This document shows positions 1-8,910 of a stretch of 59,190 nt of DNA, piece after piece. The notes beneath the pieces are model-generated. The model was not told where the DNA came from, searched no databases, and saw only the letters and a list, made by a program, of their open reading frames with translations. The stretch's first letter is position 1, and each line of letters begins with the position of its first letter. The stretch is from Casimicrobiaceae bacterium. Its GTDB lineage: Bacteria; Pseudomonadota; Gammaproteobacteria; Burkholderiales; Casimicrobiaceae. The stretch is taken from assembly GCA_035539315.1 (NCBI GenBank), contig DATLIR010000047.1:1-59190 (forward strand). Reading direction: 5' to 3'. A program made the position numbers and the translations under genes.

Positions 1-1
1 G

Positions 2-388
2 CTCGGTCCTCAGCCGATCCCCTTCGCCGGCGCCGACCGCATCTTCGCGATCGGCTCGGACAGGATGATGGCGGCCGTCGCCGCCGCACGACATTCGGTG
101 CTGGCGCCCTACGTGACTCCAGGGCACACCGCGATCGGCTCGATCAACTCGCCGATGCAATGCATGATGAAGGAGATCTGCGCGCAGTGCCTGCAGCCGC
201 ACCGCGACCCGGTCACCGGCAAAGTGAGCTACGTGTTCAGCTGCTTCAACCAGGACCAGCCGCTCGACCGCGTCGACTTCCCCGCGCTCGACGCGCGCCT
301 GAAGCAGAACGCCGTGCAGGAGAAGCTCACCGCGCAGTGGATCGCGCTGTGCGCGCAGGGTCCCGCGGCCGCCCGCGCCGCCGACTGA
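2..388 (+). CDS. 3' end of an FAD-dependent oxidoreductase with a C-terminal Fe-S motif (PyrK/DHODB-like); partial at the window edge
   Basis: Frame is open from nt 2 (LGPQPIPFAGADRIFAIGSDRMM...). It carries the Cys motif NSPMQCMMKEICAQC...FSCFNQDQ typical of FNR-like/DHODB Fe-S tails. Confidence 0.75.
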   Translation, partial: LGPQPIPFAGADRIFAIGSDRMMAAVAAARHSVLAPYVTPGHTAIGSINSPMQCMMKEICAQCLQPHRDPVTGKVSYVFSCFNQDQPLDRVDFPALDARLKQNAVQEKLTAQWIALCAQGPAAARAAD

Positions 389-521
389 CGCCGGGTCGAG
401 GTCCCGATCCCCAGGAGGTACGGAACCGATCGCGTGACATCGGGGTCGGATCCGAGCATCACGCGCGTTGCGCGTCGCCATCTGGCGACAAGCAGCGTGG
501 GGGAGCGCCGCGTCGCACGGA

Positions 522-800
522 TGCTCGCCGCAGGGGCGCCCGCTGTTCGGATTGTGGAACGCGAACCGCGACGGCGCGCCGAACCATCGCTGCACGACGC
601 GCATGGAATACCTTCGACCCGATGCGCGACCACGAATGGATCTTCGAGGGCGCAGGTACTTCAACCTATGGACGAGCAAGCACTTCTACACGTCGTCGGC
701 CGACGAAGCGTTCACCGTCCAGCAGAACTATCCGCAGTTCGTGGACGAGGGTCCGCGCTGGGCCGTGTACCCGACGCAGGTCGATCCCGCGGCTCCGTGA
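522..800 (+). pseudogene. Frameshifted remnant of a DUF5648-like repeat protein
   Basis: Three motif-like blocks lie in two frames: PLFGLWNANRDGAPNHRCTT (frame of ORF 468), WNTFDPMRDHEWIFEG (604-651, other frame), then RYFNLWTSKHFYTSSADEA...YPQFVDEG (back in the first frame). Confidence 0.45.
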
Positions 801-810
801 TCACGAGCGC

Positions 811-1161
811 TTGAAGACCGCCTGCTTCTTCGAGTACACCGGCCCCGGCCGCATCTCGATCGCGCGCTTTCCGCCGCGGGGCACGCCCGCCGGCTTTCGC
901 GTCTACCGCGCGCTCGCGCCGGGACCGTGGTTCAAGTCGGTGCCCCAGGACGAGTACCGGCGGCGTTATGCCGAGCAGCTCGCTGCGCTCGATCCTGTGC
1001 GCACGTTCGACGCATTGACGGCGCTAGCCGACGACGCCGAGCCGGTGCTGCTGTGCTGGGAGCGCAAGGCGGACCTCGAGGCCGGACGCGCGTTCTGCCA
1101 CCGCAGGATCGTCGCCGACTGGTTGGCCGAGCGTCTCGGCCTCGACGTCCCCGAGCGCTGA
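811..1161 (+). CDS. DUF488-family protein
   Basis: TTG start at 811 (MKTACFFEYTGPGRISIAR...). Contains LAPGPW and VLLCWE...FCHRRIVADWL, the CxE...CHR signature of DUF488. Confidence 0.75.
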   Translation: MKTACFFEYTGPGRISIARFPPRGTPAGFRVYRALAPGPWFKSVPQDEYRRRYAEQLAALDPVRTFDALTALADDAEPVLLCWERKADLEAGRAFCHRRIVADWLAERLGLDVPER

Positions 1162-1293
1162 CCGCGTTCCCGGACGTGTGGCTGGCCCAAGGTTTGTCCC
1201 GGGGGCCCGTGGGTTGCGCCCGAGCGAAAGGGGAGGGTCGTCGGCCACCCGGGCGCGAAGGCCCGCGCGGGCGGTCGTGTGCACTACGGAAAC

Positions 1294-2166
1294 CTAGGGG
1301 CGTACGGCGTGCGGGACGCGCCGGGCCGTGAGTCGGAGCTCGTGCTCGCCCAGGCGGGACGTGCCGGCGGCGCGGTCAGCGTCGACCGTCAGGCGCACGG
1401 CGCGAAACGCGGTGTCGCGGTCGAGGTACGAGAAGCCCAGCTCGCGCCCGGCGACGAAGGCGCCGAGCAGCGGCTGGGCCTTGCCGGCGACCGTGATCGT
1501 GCCGCCGATCTTCTGGAACTGCTGGTCGATGTCGGCTACAGCCACCTCGCGGCCGCTCTCGTCGGCAACCGACCAGCGGCCGGCCACCTGCGCGGGCACG
1601 GTCCACAGGTACGCGTCGAACGTCGCGCCCTTGATCGTCTCGTCGGGCTCCCACTCGGCCATCGTGAACGTGTAGCTGACCACGCGCGTGCCCGGGGCCA
1701 TCGCGAGGATCTGCGGGCGCAGCTGCAGGTTGAGCTCGGGCAGGAGGTAGAGCGTCACCACGCTCGCGCGCGAAAAGTCCTCCTTGAAGATGTCGCCCTC
1801 GACGATTCGAACGCGGTCGAAGACGCCTTCGCGCATGGCGTTGCGCGCGGCCAGCGCCGCCATCTTCGGGTCGTACTCGATGCCCATCGCGCGGGCGCCG
1901 AAGTCGCGCGCCGCGGCGATCGCGATGCGGCCGTCGCCGGCGCCGAGGTCCGCCACGAAGTCGTTCGGTCCCGTCCTCGCCGCGCGCAGCATCGCCGTGA
2001 CCATCGCCTCCGGCGTGCCGAGCCACATGACGTCCTTGCCGACCTGGCCCGGCTGCGGCGTGTAGATCTCGTCGCCGTGCGGCTTGACGGCCTGGGCGCC
2101 GGCGCCGCCCGCCGCGAAGGCGAGCGCGAGGACCGGCACGAACGAACGGAGGGGATTCCGCATCAT
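1294..2166 (-). CDS. Class I SAM-dependent methyltransferase with an N-terminal signal peptide
   Basis: This is the C-terminal part of ORF 1294..3837, and its start overlaps the pepF stop (ATGA). Motifs: DLGAGDGRIAIAAA, GIEY, GDIF, VVTLYLLPELNL. Hydrophobic N-terminus ending AGA-QA. Confidence 0.85.
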   Translation of the reverse strand: MMRNPLRSFVPVLALAFAAGGAGAQAVKPHGDEIYTPQPGQVGKDVMWLGTPEAMVTAMLRAARTGPNDFVADLGAGDGRIAIAAARDFGARAMGIEYDPKMAALAARNAMREGVFDRVRIVEGDIFKEDFSRASVVTLYLLPELNLQLRPQILAMAPGTRVVSYTFTMAEWEPDETIKGATFDAYLWTVPAQVAGRWSVADESGREVAVADIDQQFQKIGGTITVAGKAQPLLGAFVAGRELGFSYLDRDTAFRAVRLTVDADRAAGTSRLGEHELRLTARRVPHAVRP

Positions 2167-4007
2167 TTCCGCTTCGCGAGGATCGCCTCGATCTCGTCCA
2201 TGATGCGATTCATCCGCGCTGCAATCGCGCTGTAGGGCGCCGGCGTGGCGAGGTCGACACCCGCCGCCTTCACCAGCTCGTACGGGTAATCGGACCCGCC
2301 CGCGGAGAGCAGCTTGAGGTAGCGCTCGCGTGCGCCGGGCCTGCTCGCCAGGATGTCGTCGGCGAAAACCGAGCCGGCGGCGATCGAGGTGGCGTACTGG
2401 AACACGTAGAACTGGTTGTAGAAGTGCGGGATGTACGCCCACTCGATCGCGTAGAGGTCGTCGATCTTCACCGCGTCGCCGTGGTAGCGGCGCAGGATCT
2501 CGCCGTAGATCTGCGTGAGCTGCGCGCCGGTGAGCGATTGGCCCTTGTCGACGACGTCGTGCACGTGCCGCTCGAACTCGGCGAACATCGTCTGGCGGAA
2601 GAACGTGCCGCGCAGCGTCTCCAGCGCCGATCCGAGGTAGACCATGCGCTCCTCGTCGTTCTTCGCGCCCGTCAGCATGGAGTCGAGCAGCAGCGCCTCG
2701 TTGGTGGTCGACGCGATCTCGGCCACGAACGTGGCGTAGCGCGCGGTGGCGAAGGGCTGGCCCTTGTTCGACAGGTGCGTGTGGATCGCGTGGCCCCACT
2801 CGTGGACGAGCGTGGAGACGCTCGCGTAGTTCCTGGTGTAGTTCATCAGCACGAACGGGTGCACGTCGTACGCCACGCCGAACACGTGGGCGCCGGAGAG
2901 CTTCTTCGGCCGCGGATACGTGTCCATCCAGCGGTCCTTGAGACCCCGGCGGATCGCGGCGACGTACTCGGGGCCGAGTGCCGCGGTCGACTCGAGCATG
3001 ATGCGGATGCCCTCGTCGATCGGGTAGTCGCGGCCCGCGCCCACGAGAGGCGGGTAGATGTCGTAGTAGCGCATCTCGGGCACGCCGAGGATCTTGCCGC
3101 GCAGCCGGAAGTAGCGGTGGAGCGTCGGCAGGTTCTCGTTGGTGGACTTCACCAGCGCGTCGTACACGGCGACCGGGATCTTGTTGGCGTCGAGGGCCCG
3201 CGTGAGGCTGTCGGGGTACTTGCGCACCTTGGTGTAGACCGTGTCCTCGCGCAGCGCGCCATAGAAGTTCACGCCGAGCGTCGTCTCGAATTCCTTGAAC
3301 TTGCCGAAGAACGCGTCCATGACCTTCTTGCGGTCGTCGCGGTTGGCGGACTCGCGGTGCTTGCCATAGGCGGACTGGTCGATCTTGACCTCGGTGCCGT
3401 CCGCGAGCTTCACCGTGGGCCAGGGCATGTCGGCATTGGAGAAGATGCCGTAGACCTGCCCGGCCTGCCCGCGGGACAGCGCGAACGACGCCACGATCGC
3501 CTCGCCGGCGCTGTCGAGCGTGTGGGGTGCCGTGCGCAGCACGTTGTCGAAAGCGAAGCGGTACGCGGCGAGTCCCGGCACCTGGCGGAAGAACGGTTCG
3601 ATGCGATCGCGGCCCAAGGCGAGGATCTCGGGGTTCACGAACGACACCGCTTCGGTGAGCCGGGACTGGGCGACGCGCGTCTTCTGCCGCAAGGCGAGGG
3701 CGTCGGCGTTGCCGGTGTCCTCGTTGGCCTTCTCGCTGGCGTAGGTCAGCAGGCGAAGGAAACGGCGCAGCGCGTCGTGCTGAAGGTCCATGCAGGACTT
3801 GAGGCGCGCGGCCGACTCGCCCAGCGTGCCCTTGCACGCGGCGATCTGCAGCAGTTGCGCCTCCATCTTCGCCAGGTCCTCGTTGAAGGCGGCGACCGTG
3901 GGGTAGAGGGCTTCGAGGTTCCAGCGGTCTTCAATCCGCTCGCTCGCGGGCTGGGCGTGGACGGTGGCGGCAGTGACGAGCGCGGCGGCGAGCATGACGA
4001 TTCTCAT
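2163..4007 (-). CDS. pepF: Oligoendopeptidase F (M3B), with signal peptide
   Basis: HEWGH zinc motif, AEIAST, HFY...YVFQYAT and GGSDYPYEL. A GGAG SD precedes ATG 4007 (MRIVMLAAALVTAATVHA-Q). Confidence 0.92.
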   Translation of the reverse strand: MRIVMLAAALVTAATVHAQPASERIEDRWNLEALYPTVAAFNEDLAKMEAQLLQIAACKGTLGESAARLKSCMDLQHDALRRFLRLLTYASEKANEDTGNADALALRQKTRVAQSRLTEAVSFVNPEILALGRDRIEPFFRQVPGLAAYRFAFDNVLRTAPHTLDSAGEAIVASFALSRGQAGQVYGIFSNADMPWPTVKLADGTEVKIDQSAYGKHRESANRDDRKKVMDAFFGKFKEFETTLGVNFYGALREDTVYTKVRKYPDSLTRALDANKIPVAVYDALVKSTNENLPTLHRYFRLRGKILGVPEMRYYDIYPPLVGAGRDYPIDEGIRIMLESTAALGPEYVAAIRRGLKDRWMDTYPRPKKLSGAHVFGVAYDVHPFVLMNYTRNYASVSTLVHEWGHAIHTHLSNKGQPFATARYATFVAEIASTTNEALLLDSMLTGAKNDEERMVYLGSALETLRGTFFRQTMFAEFERHVHDVVDKGQSLTGAQLTQIYGEILRRYHGDAVKIDDLYAIEWAYIPHFYNQFYVFQYATSIAAGSVFADDILASRPGARERYLKLLSAGGSDYPYELVKAAGVDLATPAPYSAIAARMNRIMDEIEAILAKRK

Positions 4008-4075
4008 CGGGGACTCCGGTCGGGTGCCCATTCTAAGGGGGTGCCGGACCTACCACGACTTCCGGCGGCGCGGGT

Positions 4076-6799
4076 GTGAGCGCATCGCCACTGGCAACGG
4101 CCGCGCCGAGCCCAGCCGCGTTGGGGTATGGTTGGCCTCGACGCGAGCAGGACATCGATCCCGTGGACTCCGGCAGCGACCGTCCCACCACCATCCTGTT
4201 CACCGACATCGAGGGGAGCACCCGACTATGGGAGCAGGACCCCGTGCGCATGCGATCCGCGTTGGCGCACCACGACGAACTGTGCCGCGCGACTGTCGAA
4301 GCTCATGGCGGCGCAGTGATCAAGATGACCGGAGATGGCGTCTATGCGGCGTTCGGCGATCCATCTGACGCATTGCTCGCCACGGTCGCGCTGCAAACGG
4401 CACTCTCCGACCCTGCGTTCACCGAAGGCATCGAACTCAAAGTCCGCTGCGGCCTTCATGCGGGAGCGGTCGAGCGCCGCGGCAACGACTACTTCGGCAC
4501 CGTAGTCAACCGCACCGCGCGCATCATGAGCATCGCTCATGGCGGTCAGGTGCTTCTGTCGAAGGCCGTGGCCGACCTGGTCGGCAAGGACTTGCCAAGC
4601 GACGTCGCAGTGCTCGATCTCGGCATCGTGCGGTTGCGCGATCTTGCCGATCCCGAGCGCGTCTTTCAACTTGTGCATCCCGCGCTGCGGACGTCGTTCC
4701 CGGCATTGCGCTCGCTGGAAGCGACACCCAACAATCTGCCGCAGCGGGTGACATCGTTCGTGGGACGCGAGCAGCTGCTCGCCGAAACCAAACGCCTTCT
4801 CGGCGGCACGCGGATGCTGACCTTGCTCGGCGCCGGCGGCCTCGGCAAGACGAGTCTCTCGCTCCAGGTCGCGGTGGATGTCATCGACGACTTCCTCGAT
4901 GGCGTCTGGCTGGTGGAGCTTGCGCCGCTTTCGGACGGGCAAATGGTCGCGCAGGCCGTTGCGTCCTCCCTCGGCGTCAAGGAGGAGGCCGGACGACCCG
5001 TGCAGGAGGCGTTGGAGACCTTCGTCAAGGATCGACAGATTCTGCTCATCCTCGACAACTGCGAGCATGTGCTGCAATCGTGCGCCTCGGTCGTGAAATC
5101 CCTGTTGGCATGCGGCCCGCGGGCGAAGGTGCTCGCGACCAGTCGCGAACCGCTGCGCGAGGCCGGGGAAGCAACCCTGCACGTTCCGCCGCTCCGGGTT
5201 CCCGACGCCGAAAGCGTCCCGTCGTTTGCGGAGCTTGCGCAGTACGACTCGGTCCGGCTGTTCTGCGAGCGCGCGGCGGCGAGCAAGTCCGGATTCGCGC
5301 TCACGGAGCAGAACGCGCCGGCGGTCGCCGCGATCTGCCAACGGCTCGATGGCATCCCGCTTGCCCTCGAACTCGCGGCCGCGCGCGTGCGCAGCTTGCC
5401 CGTGGAGACCATCGCCGCGCGCTTGAGCGATCGCTTTCGTATCCTGGCGACAGGAAGCCGAACGGGGCTGCCTCGCCAGCAAACACTGCGCGCGTGCATC
5501 GAGTGGAGCTACAACCTCCTGACGCCGGACGAGCGCACGCTGTTGCGACGGCTCGCCGTGTTCGCCGGCGGTTTTGTTCTGGAGGCGGCCGAGTCCATTG
5601 GCGCGGGCGGCGAAATCGGCGAGTCCGAAGTGCTGGATCTGCTCTCCCAGCTCGTGGACAAGTCGCTGGTCGAGCTGACCGCAGAAGGCCATCGCTACCG
5701 GCTCCTGGAGACCGTGCGCCAGTATGCCTTCGAGCTTCTGGAACGATCGGGCGAAGTCGACGCGACCCGCAACCGCCACCTTGCCTACTATCTGGTTCTC
5801 ACGGACCAGGCGGAGCGACAGATGTCCGGTCCCCAGCAGGGCGAGTGGCTCGGAAAGCTCGATACCGAACGCGAAAATGTGCTGGGCGCGCACGCATGGT
5901 GTGGGACGGAAGCCGAACGTGGAGATATGGGACTGAGTCTGGTCTCTGGCATGCAGTTGTACTGGATGCGGCGCGGCATTCTGCGCCTCGGCTATCGCGT
6001 CACCGTCGAAGCGATCGAGCGGCCCGGGGCCGAAGCGCGGACCTTCGCGCGCTGCAAGGCGTTGTACGCCGCAGCCAATATCGGCTCGGTCATGGCCAGG
6101 CGCCGCGAGGCGCAAGCCTATGTCGAGGAGAGTCTCGCCATCGGACGCGAGCTCGGGAGCAAGGATCGGGTCGCCGCGGCGCTGGTGTTGCTGGGAACGC
6201 TGCTGAGCGACCAAGGCGATCGGGCGAACGCGCGCAAATGCTATGAAGAATCCCTCGCCCTCTCGGAGGAGCTGGGGGATGCGCTCCGCTTGTCAAACGC
6301 CCTGGGCTCGCTGGCAGTGCTCAGCGGAAGCGACGGCAAGTTCGACGAAGCCGAGGCGTTGTTCGAACGCTCGCTCGCGCTTTCCCGCAAGCAAGGCAAC
6401 CGCAACAACATCGCCGCCAACCTTTGCAACCTCGCCACGGTGGCGGTTCGTCGCGGTGCCTGCGCCCGCGCGCGGATTTCGCTGCTGGAAGCACTGGCCA
6501 TCGCCGAAGACATCGGCGCGAGATCGCTGGGGCTCGCGATCCTCGGCATCGCCGCCACCCTCGAAGCCACCGAGAGCCATTTCGAGCGCGCCGCGCGAAG
6601 TTATGGCGCCAGGCGCGCGGAAGGCGAACGGCAGGGCTTCGACGCCAACCGGGACGACGAGATCTTGATGCCGCTGATCGCACAAGCGCGCAGGGCGCTG
6701 GGAGAGGAAGCCTTCGCCGAGGCGGAAGCGGCCGGCTATCGACTTGCCTACGCCGAGGCGATGGCCGAGGTGCGCACGTGGATGGCCAGCAAGCGCTGA
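4076..6799 (+). CDS. Class III adenylate/guanylate cyclase fused to a STAND (NB-ARC-like) ATPase, winged helix and TPR repeats
   Basis: Cyclase motifs: LFTDIEGST, KMTGDG, DYFG..VNRTAR. ATPase motifs: Walker A GAGGLGKT, Walker B LILDNCEH, LATSRE, LDGIPLALELAA. The C-terminus is made of TPR-like helical repeats. The start is uncertain (an in-frame GTG also lies near 4163). Confidence 0.9.
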   Translation: MSASPLATAAPSPAALGYGWPRREQDIDPVDSGSDRPTTILFTDIEGSTRLWEQDPVRMRSALAHHDELCRATVEAHGGAVIKMTGDGVYAAFGDPSDALLATVALQTALSDPAFTEGIELKVRCGLHAGAVERRGNDYFGTVVNRTARIMSIAHGGQVLLSKAVADLVGKDLPSDVAVLDLGIVRLRDLADPERVFQLVHPALRTSFPALRSLEATPNNLPQRVTSFVGREQLLAETKRLLGGTRMLTLLGAGGLGKTSLSLQVAVDVIDDFLDGVWLVELAPLSDGQMVAQAVASSLGVKEEAGRPVQEALETFVKDRQILLILDNCEHVLQSCASVVKSLLACGPRAKVLATSREPLREAGEATLHVPPLRVPDAESVPSFAELAQYDSVRLFCERAAASKSGFALTEQNAPAVAAICQRLDGIPLALELAAARVRSLPVETIAARLSDRFRILATGSRTGLPRQQTLRACIEWSYNLLTPDERTLLRRLAVFAGGFVLEAAESIGAGGEIGESEVLDLLSQLVDKSLVELTAEGHRYRLLETVRQYAFELLERSGEVDATRNRHLAYYLVLTDQAERQMSGPQQGEWLGKLDTERENVLGAHAWCGTEAERGDMGLSLVSGMQLYWMRRGILRLGYRVTVEAIERPGAEARTFARCKALYAAANIGSVMARRREAQAYVEESLAIGRELGSKDRVAAALVLLGTLLSDQGDRANARKCYEESLALSEELGDALRLSNALGSLAVLSGSDGKFDEAEALFERSLALSRKQGNRNNIAANLCNLATVAVRRGACARARISLLEALAIAEDIGARSLGLAILGIAATLEATESHFERAARSYGARRAEGERQGFDANRDDEILMPLIAQARRALGEEAFAEAEAAGYRLAYAEAMAEVRTWMASKR

Positions 6800-6820
6800 C
6801 GGCGAAACAACCAAGCAAGG

Positions 6821-6846
6821 AAAACGGCGCCTGGTCGGCGCCGTTC
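6821..6846 (-). terminator. Intrinsic terminator hairpin between the cyclase gene and tRNA-Thr (possibly bidirectional)
   Basis: AACGGCGCC-TGGTC-GGCGCCGTT stem-loop, followed by TTTT on the minus strand. Confidence 0.6.
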
Positions 6847-6906
6847 TACAGCGTGATGCGGATGGGTCGGAGCGACCACACGGAAAAGCGTGCACGCTCG
6901 GAATGC

Positions 6907-6982
<76 letters not shown>

Positions 6983-7037
6983 GAGGGACGCGCGGGAGCG
7001 CCGGTGACGCACCGGCGGCCGACACGTGCAATCGGTA

Positions 7038-7043
7038 ATTATA
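7038..7043 (-). promoter_or_regulatory. sigma70 -10 element for tRNA-Thr
   Basis: Perfect TATAAT on the minus strand about 55 nt upstream of the tRNA, in an otherwise GC-rich region. Confidence 0.55.
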
Positions 7044-7397
7044 ACCGAACCGGTGGCGTTCCCGGATCGAGGCGCGGCCGCGCGGAAGGACGAACGGTCC
7101 TTGTGCCCGCGCGACCCGAGTGGGAAAATTTCCCACTGCCGCCGCGGGTCAATCCCTGCGCTCGGCAGGGTTCGTGCGAGCCCGAACCTTCGGGGTCGGC
7201 GGCTGGTGCCGACGTTCCGCACGCGGTGCCCGGGGGCGGGTGCCGCATTCGGATCCGAGGGCGCGTGCGGACGACAGGACCGGGAGCCAGGGCAATCCCC
7301 CTGCCGAGCGTCCGGCTCGCCCGCCCTGTTGCGTGGCGCCGGACCGGGCAGGGATCCCTCCCCATTGCCCGGTCCGGTCGCCCGCCTTCGTCAAACC

Positions 7398-8069
7398 TCA
7401 AGCCGCCAGCGACAGCAGCAGCGCCCGCACGCCGTTCCAGACGATCTGCACGCCGACGCAGAGCAGGATGAACGCGGACAGGCGCGACACGATTACCGCC
7501 CCGGTACGCCCGAGCTTGCGCAGCACGGCGTCGGCCTTCGCATAGACGAGAAAGATCACCAGCGCGACGATGGCCAACCCCAGGGCATGCGCGACCAGGG
7601 TCATCGCCAGCGCGCGGGCGCCGCTCGGCGGGTTCGCGCCGAGCGTGATCGCGACCGAGATGGACCCCGGCCCGACGGTCAGCGGCATCGTCAGCGGGTA
7701 GAACGCGCGGCTGTCCAGATCGTCCGGCGTCGGCGTCGCCACGGCGTCGAGCTTCACACGCTCGGCCAGGCTCTCCTGCGACAACAGCGACCAGCCGAGC
7801 ACGCTCACCACCAGGCCCCCGGCGACCTGCACGACCGGGATCGAGAGCCCGAAGAAATCGAGCACGTACGCGCCGATCAGCGCGGAGGCGAGGAGCAGCG
7901 TGAAGCCGTAGCGGGCCACACGCATCGCGGTCCGGCGACGCTCGTCGTCGCGCAGGTCGGCGGTCTTGGCCAGGAACACGCTGGCGGCCGCGATCGGGTT
8001 GACGATCGGGAGCAGCGCCGCCACCGCGAGTAGCATCGTCTCGAAGAACTGGCGGGCGTCTGCGAGCAT
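7398..8069 (-). CDS. marC: MarC family inner-membrane protein
   Basis: LLPIVNPI, FFGLSIPVVQVAGG, FYPLTMPLTVGPGSI and SRLSAFILLCVGVQ; about 6 TM segments. Confidence 0.9.
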   Translation of the reverse strand: MLADARQFFETMLLAVAALLPIVNPIAAASVFLAKTADLRDDERRRTAMRVARYGFTLLLASALIGAYVLDFFGLSIPVVQVAGGLVVSVLGWSLLSQESLAERVKLDAVATPTPDDLDSRAFYPLTMPLTVGPGSISVAITLGANPPSGARALAMTLVAHALGLAIVALVIFLVYAKADAVLRKLGRTGAVIVSRLSAFILLCVGVQIVWNGVRALLLSLAA

Positions 8070-8095
8070 GGCGGAGGGTACGTTAGCATGGGGCT

Positions 8096-8836
8096 ATGGG
8101 TTCCCGCGTCCTGTTCGGCTTCCACGCCGTCACCGCCCGCCTGCGCACGCACCCGTCGAGCGTGCAGGGTGTCTACGCGACCGGCGCACGCAAGGACGCG
8201 CGCATGCGCGAGCTCACCGCGCGCGCGACGGCCGCAGGCATTGCCGTCCACCTCGCCGACGAAGCGCGCCTACGCGAGCTCGCCGGGCACGGCAACCACC
8301 AGGGGATCGTTGCGCTCGTCGACGAGGCGTCGCCCCATGTCACGCTCGACGACGTGCTCGAAGGCCTCGCCGAGCCCGCGTTGCTGCTCGTGCTCGACGG
8401 CGTGACCGATCCGCACAACCTCGGCGCGTGCCTGCGCAACGCGGACGCGTTCGGCGCGCAGGCGGTGATCGTGCCGAAGGACCGTGCCGTCGGCATGAAC
8501 GCGACGGTCGCGAAGGCGGCGAGCGGTGCCGCGGATACGGTGCCGCTCGTCACCGTCACCAATCTCGCGCGCGCGATCGCGGCGCTCAAGGAGCGCGGCG
8601 TGTGGATCCTCGGCGCCGACAACGGCGGCGAGAGCATCGTGGACGCCGACCTGTCCGGCCCGGTCGCGTGGGTGCTGGGGGCCGAAGGGCAGGGGCTGCG
8701 GCGCCTGACGCGCGAGTCGTGCGACCGCATCGTCGGCATCCCGCTGGTCGGGACGGTGGCGAGCCTCAACGTGTCGGTGGCCGCGGGCATCTGCCTCCAC
8801 GCGACGCGCGCTGCGCGCGCGAAGGCGCCGCGTTGA
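8096..8836 (+). CDS. rlmB: 23S rRNA (guanosine(2251)-2'-O)-methyltransferase RlmB
   Basis: GFHAV, HQGIVA, LDGVTDPHNLGACLR, GAEGQGLRRL and SLNVSVA SPOUT motifs. Confidence 0.93.
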   Translation: MGSRVLFGFHAVTARLRTHPSSVQGVYATGARKDARMRELTARATAAGIAVHLADEARLRELAGHGNHQGIVALVDEASPHVTLDDVLEGLAEPALLLVLDGVTDPHNLGACLRNADAFGAQAVIVPKDRAVGMNATVAKAASGAADTVPLVTVTNLARAIAALKERGVWILGADNGGESIVDADLSGPVAWVLGAEGQGLRRLTRESCDRIVGIPLVGTVASLNVSVAAGICLHATRAARAKAPR

Positions 8837-8910
8837 GCCCGGGGCCCAAATCGGGCATGATCCGCCGCTATCGCGCCAGGCGGATTCTCCGGCGCGCCCG
8901 GGAGATGCCG

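Noticed and set aside
160-1161. 333-aa ORF as a single gene
   Set aside because: Only the part from TTG 811 is coherent. The upstream part overlaps the oxidoreductase and the decayed fragment.
1294-3837. 847-aa ORF suggesting a giant methyltransferase fusion
   Set aside because: The N-terminal ~555 aa is an alternative frame of pepF. The real gene begins at the ATGA overlap (2166).
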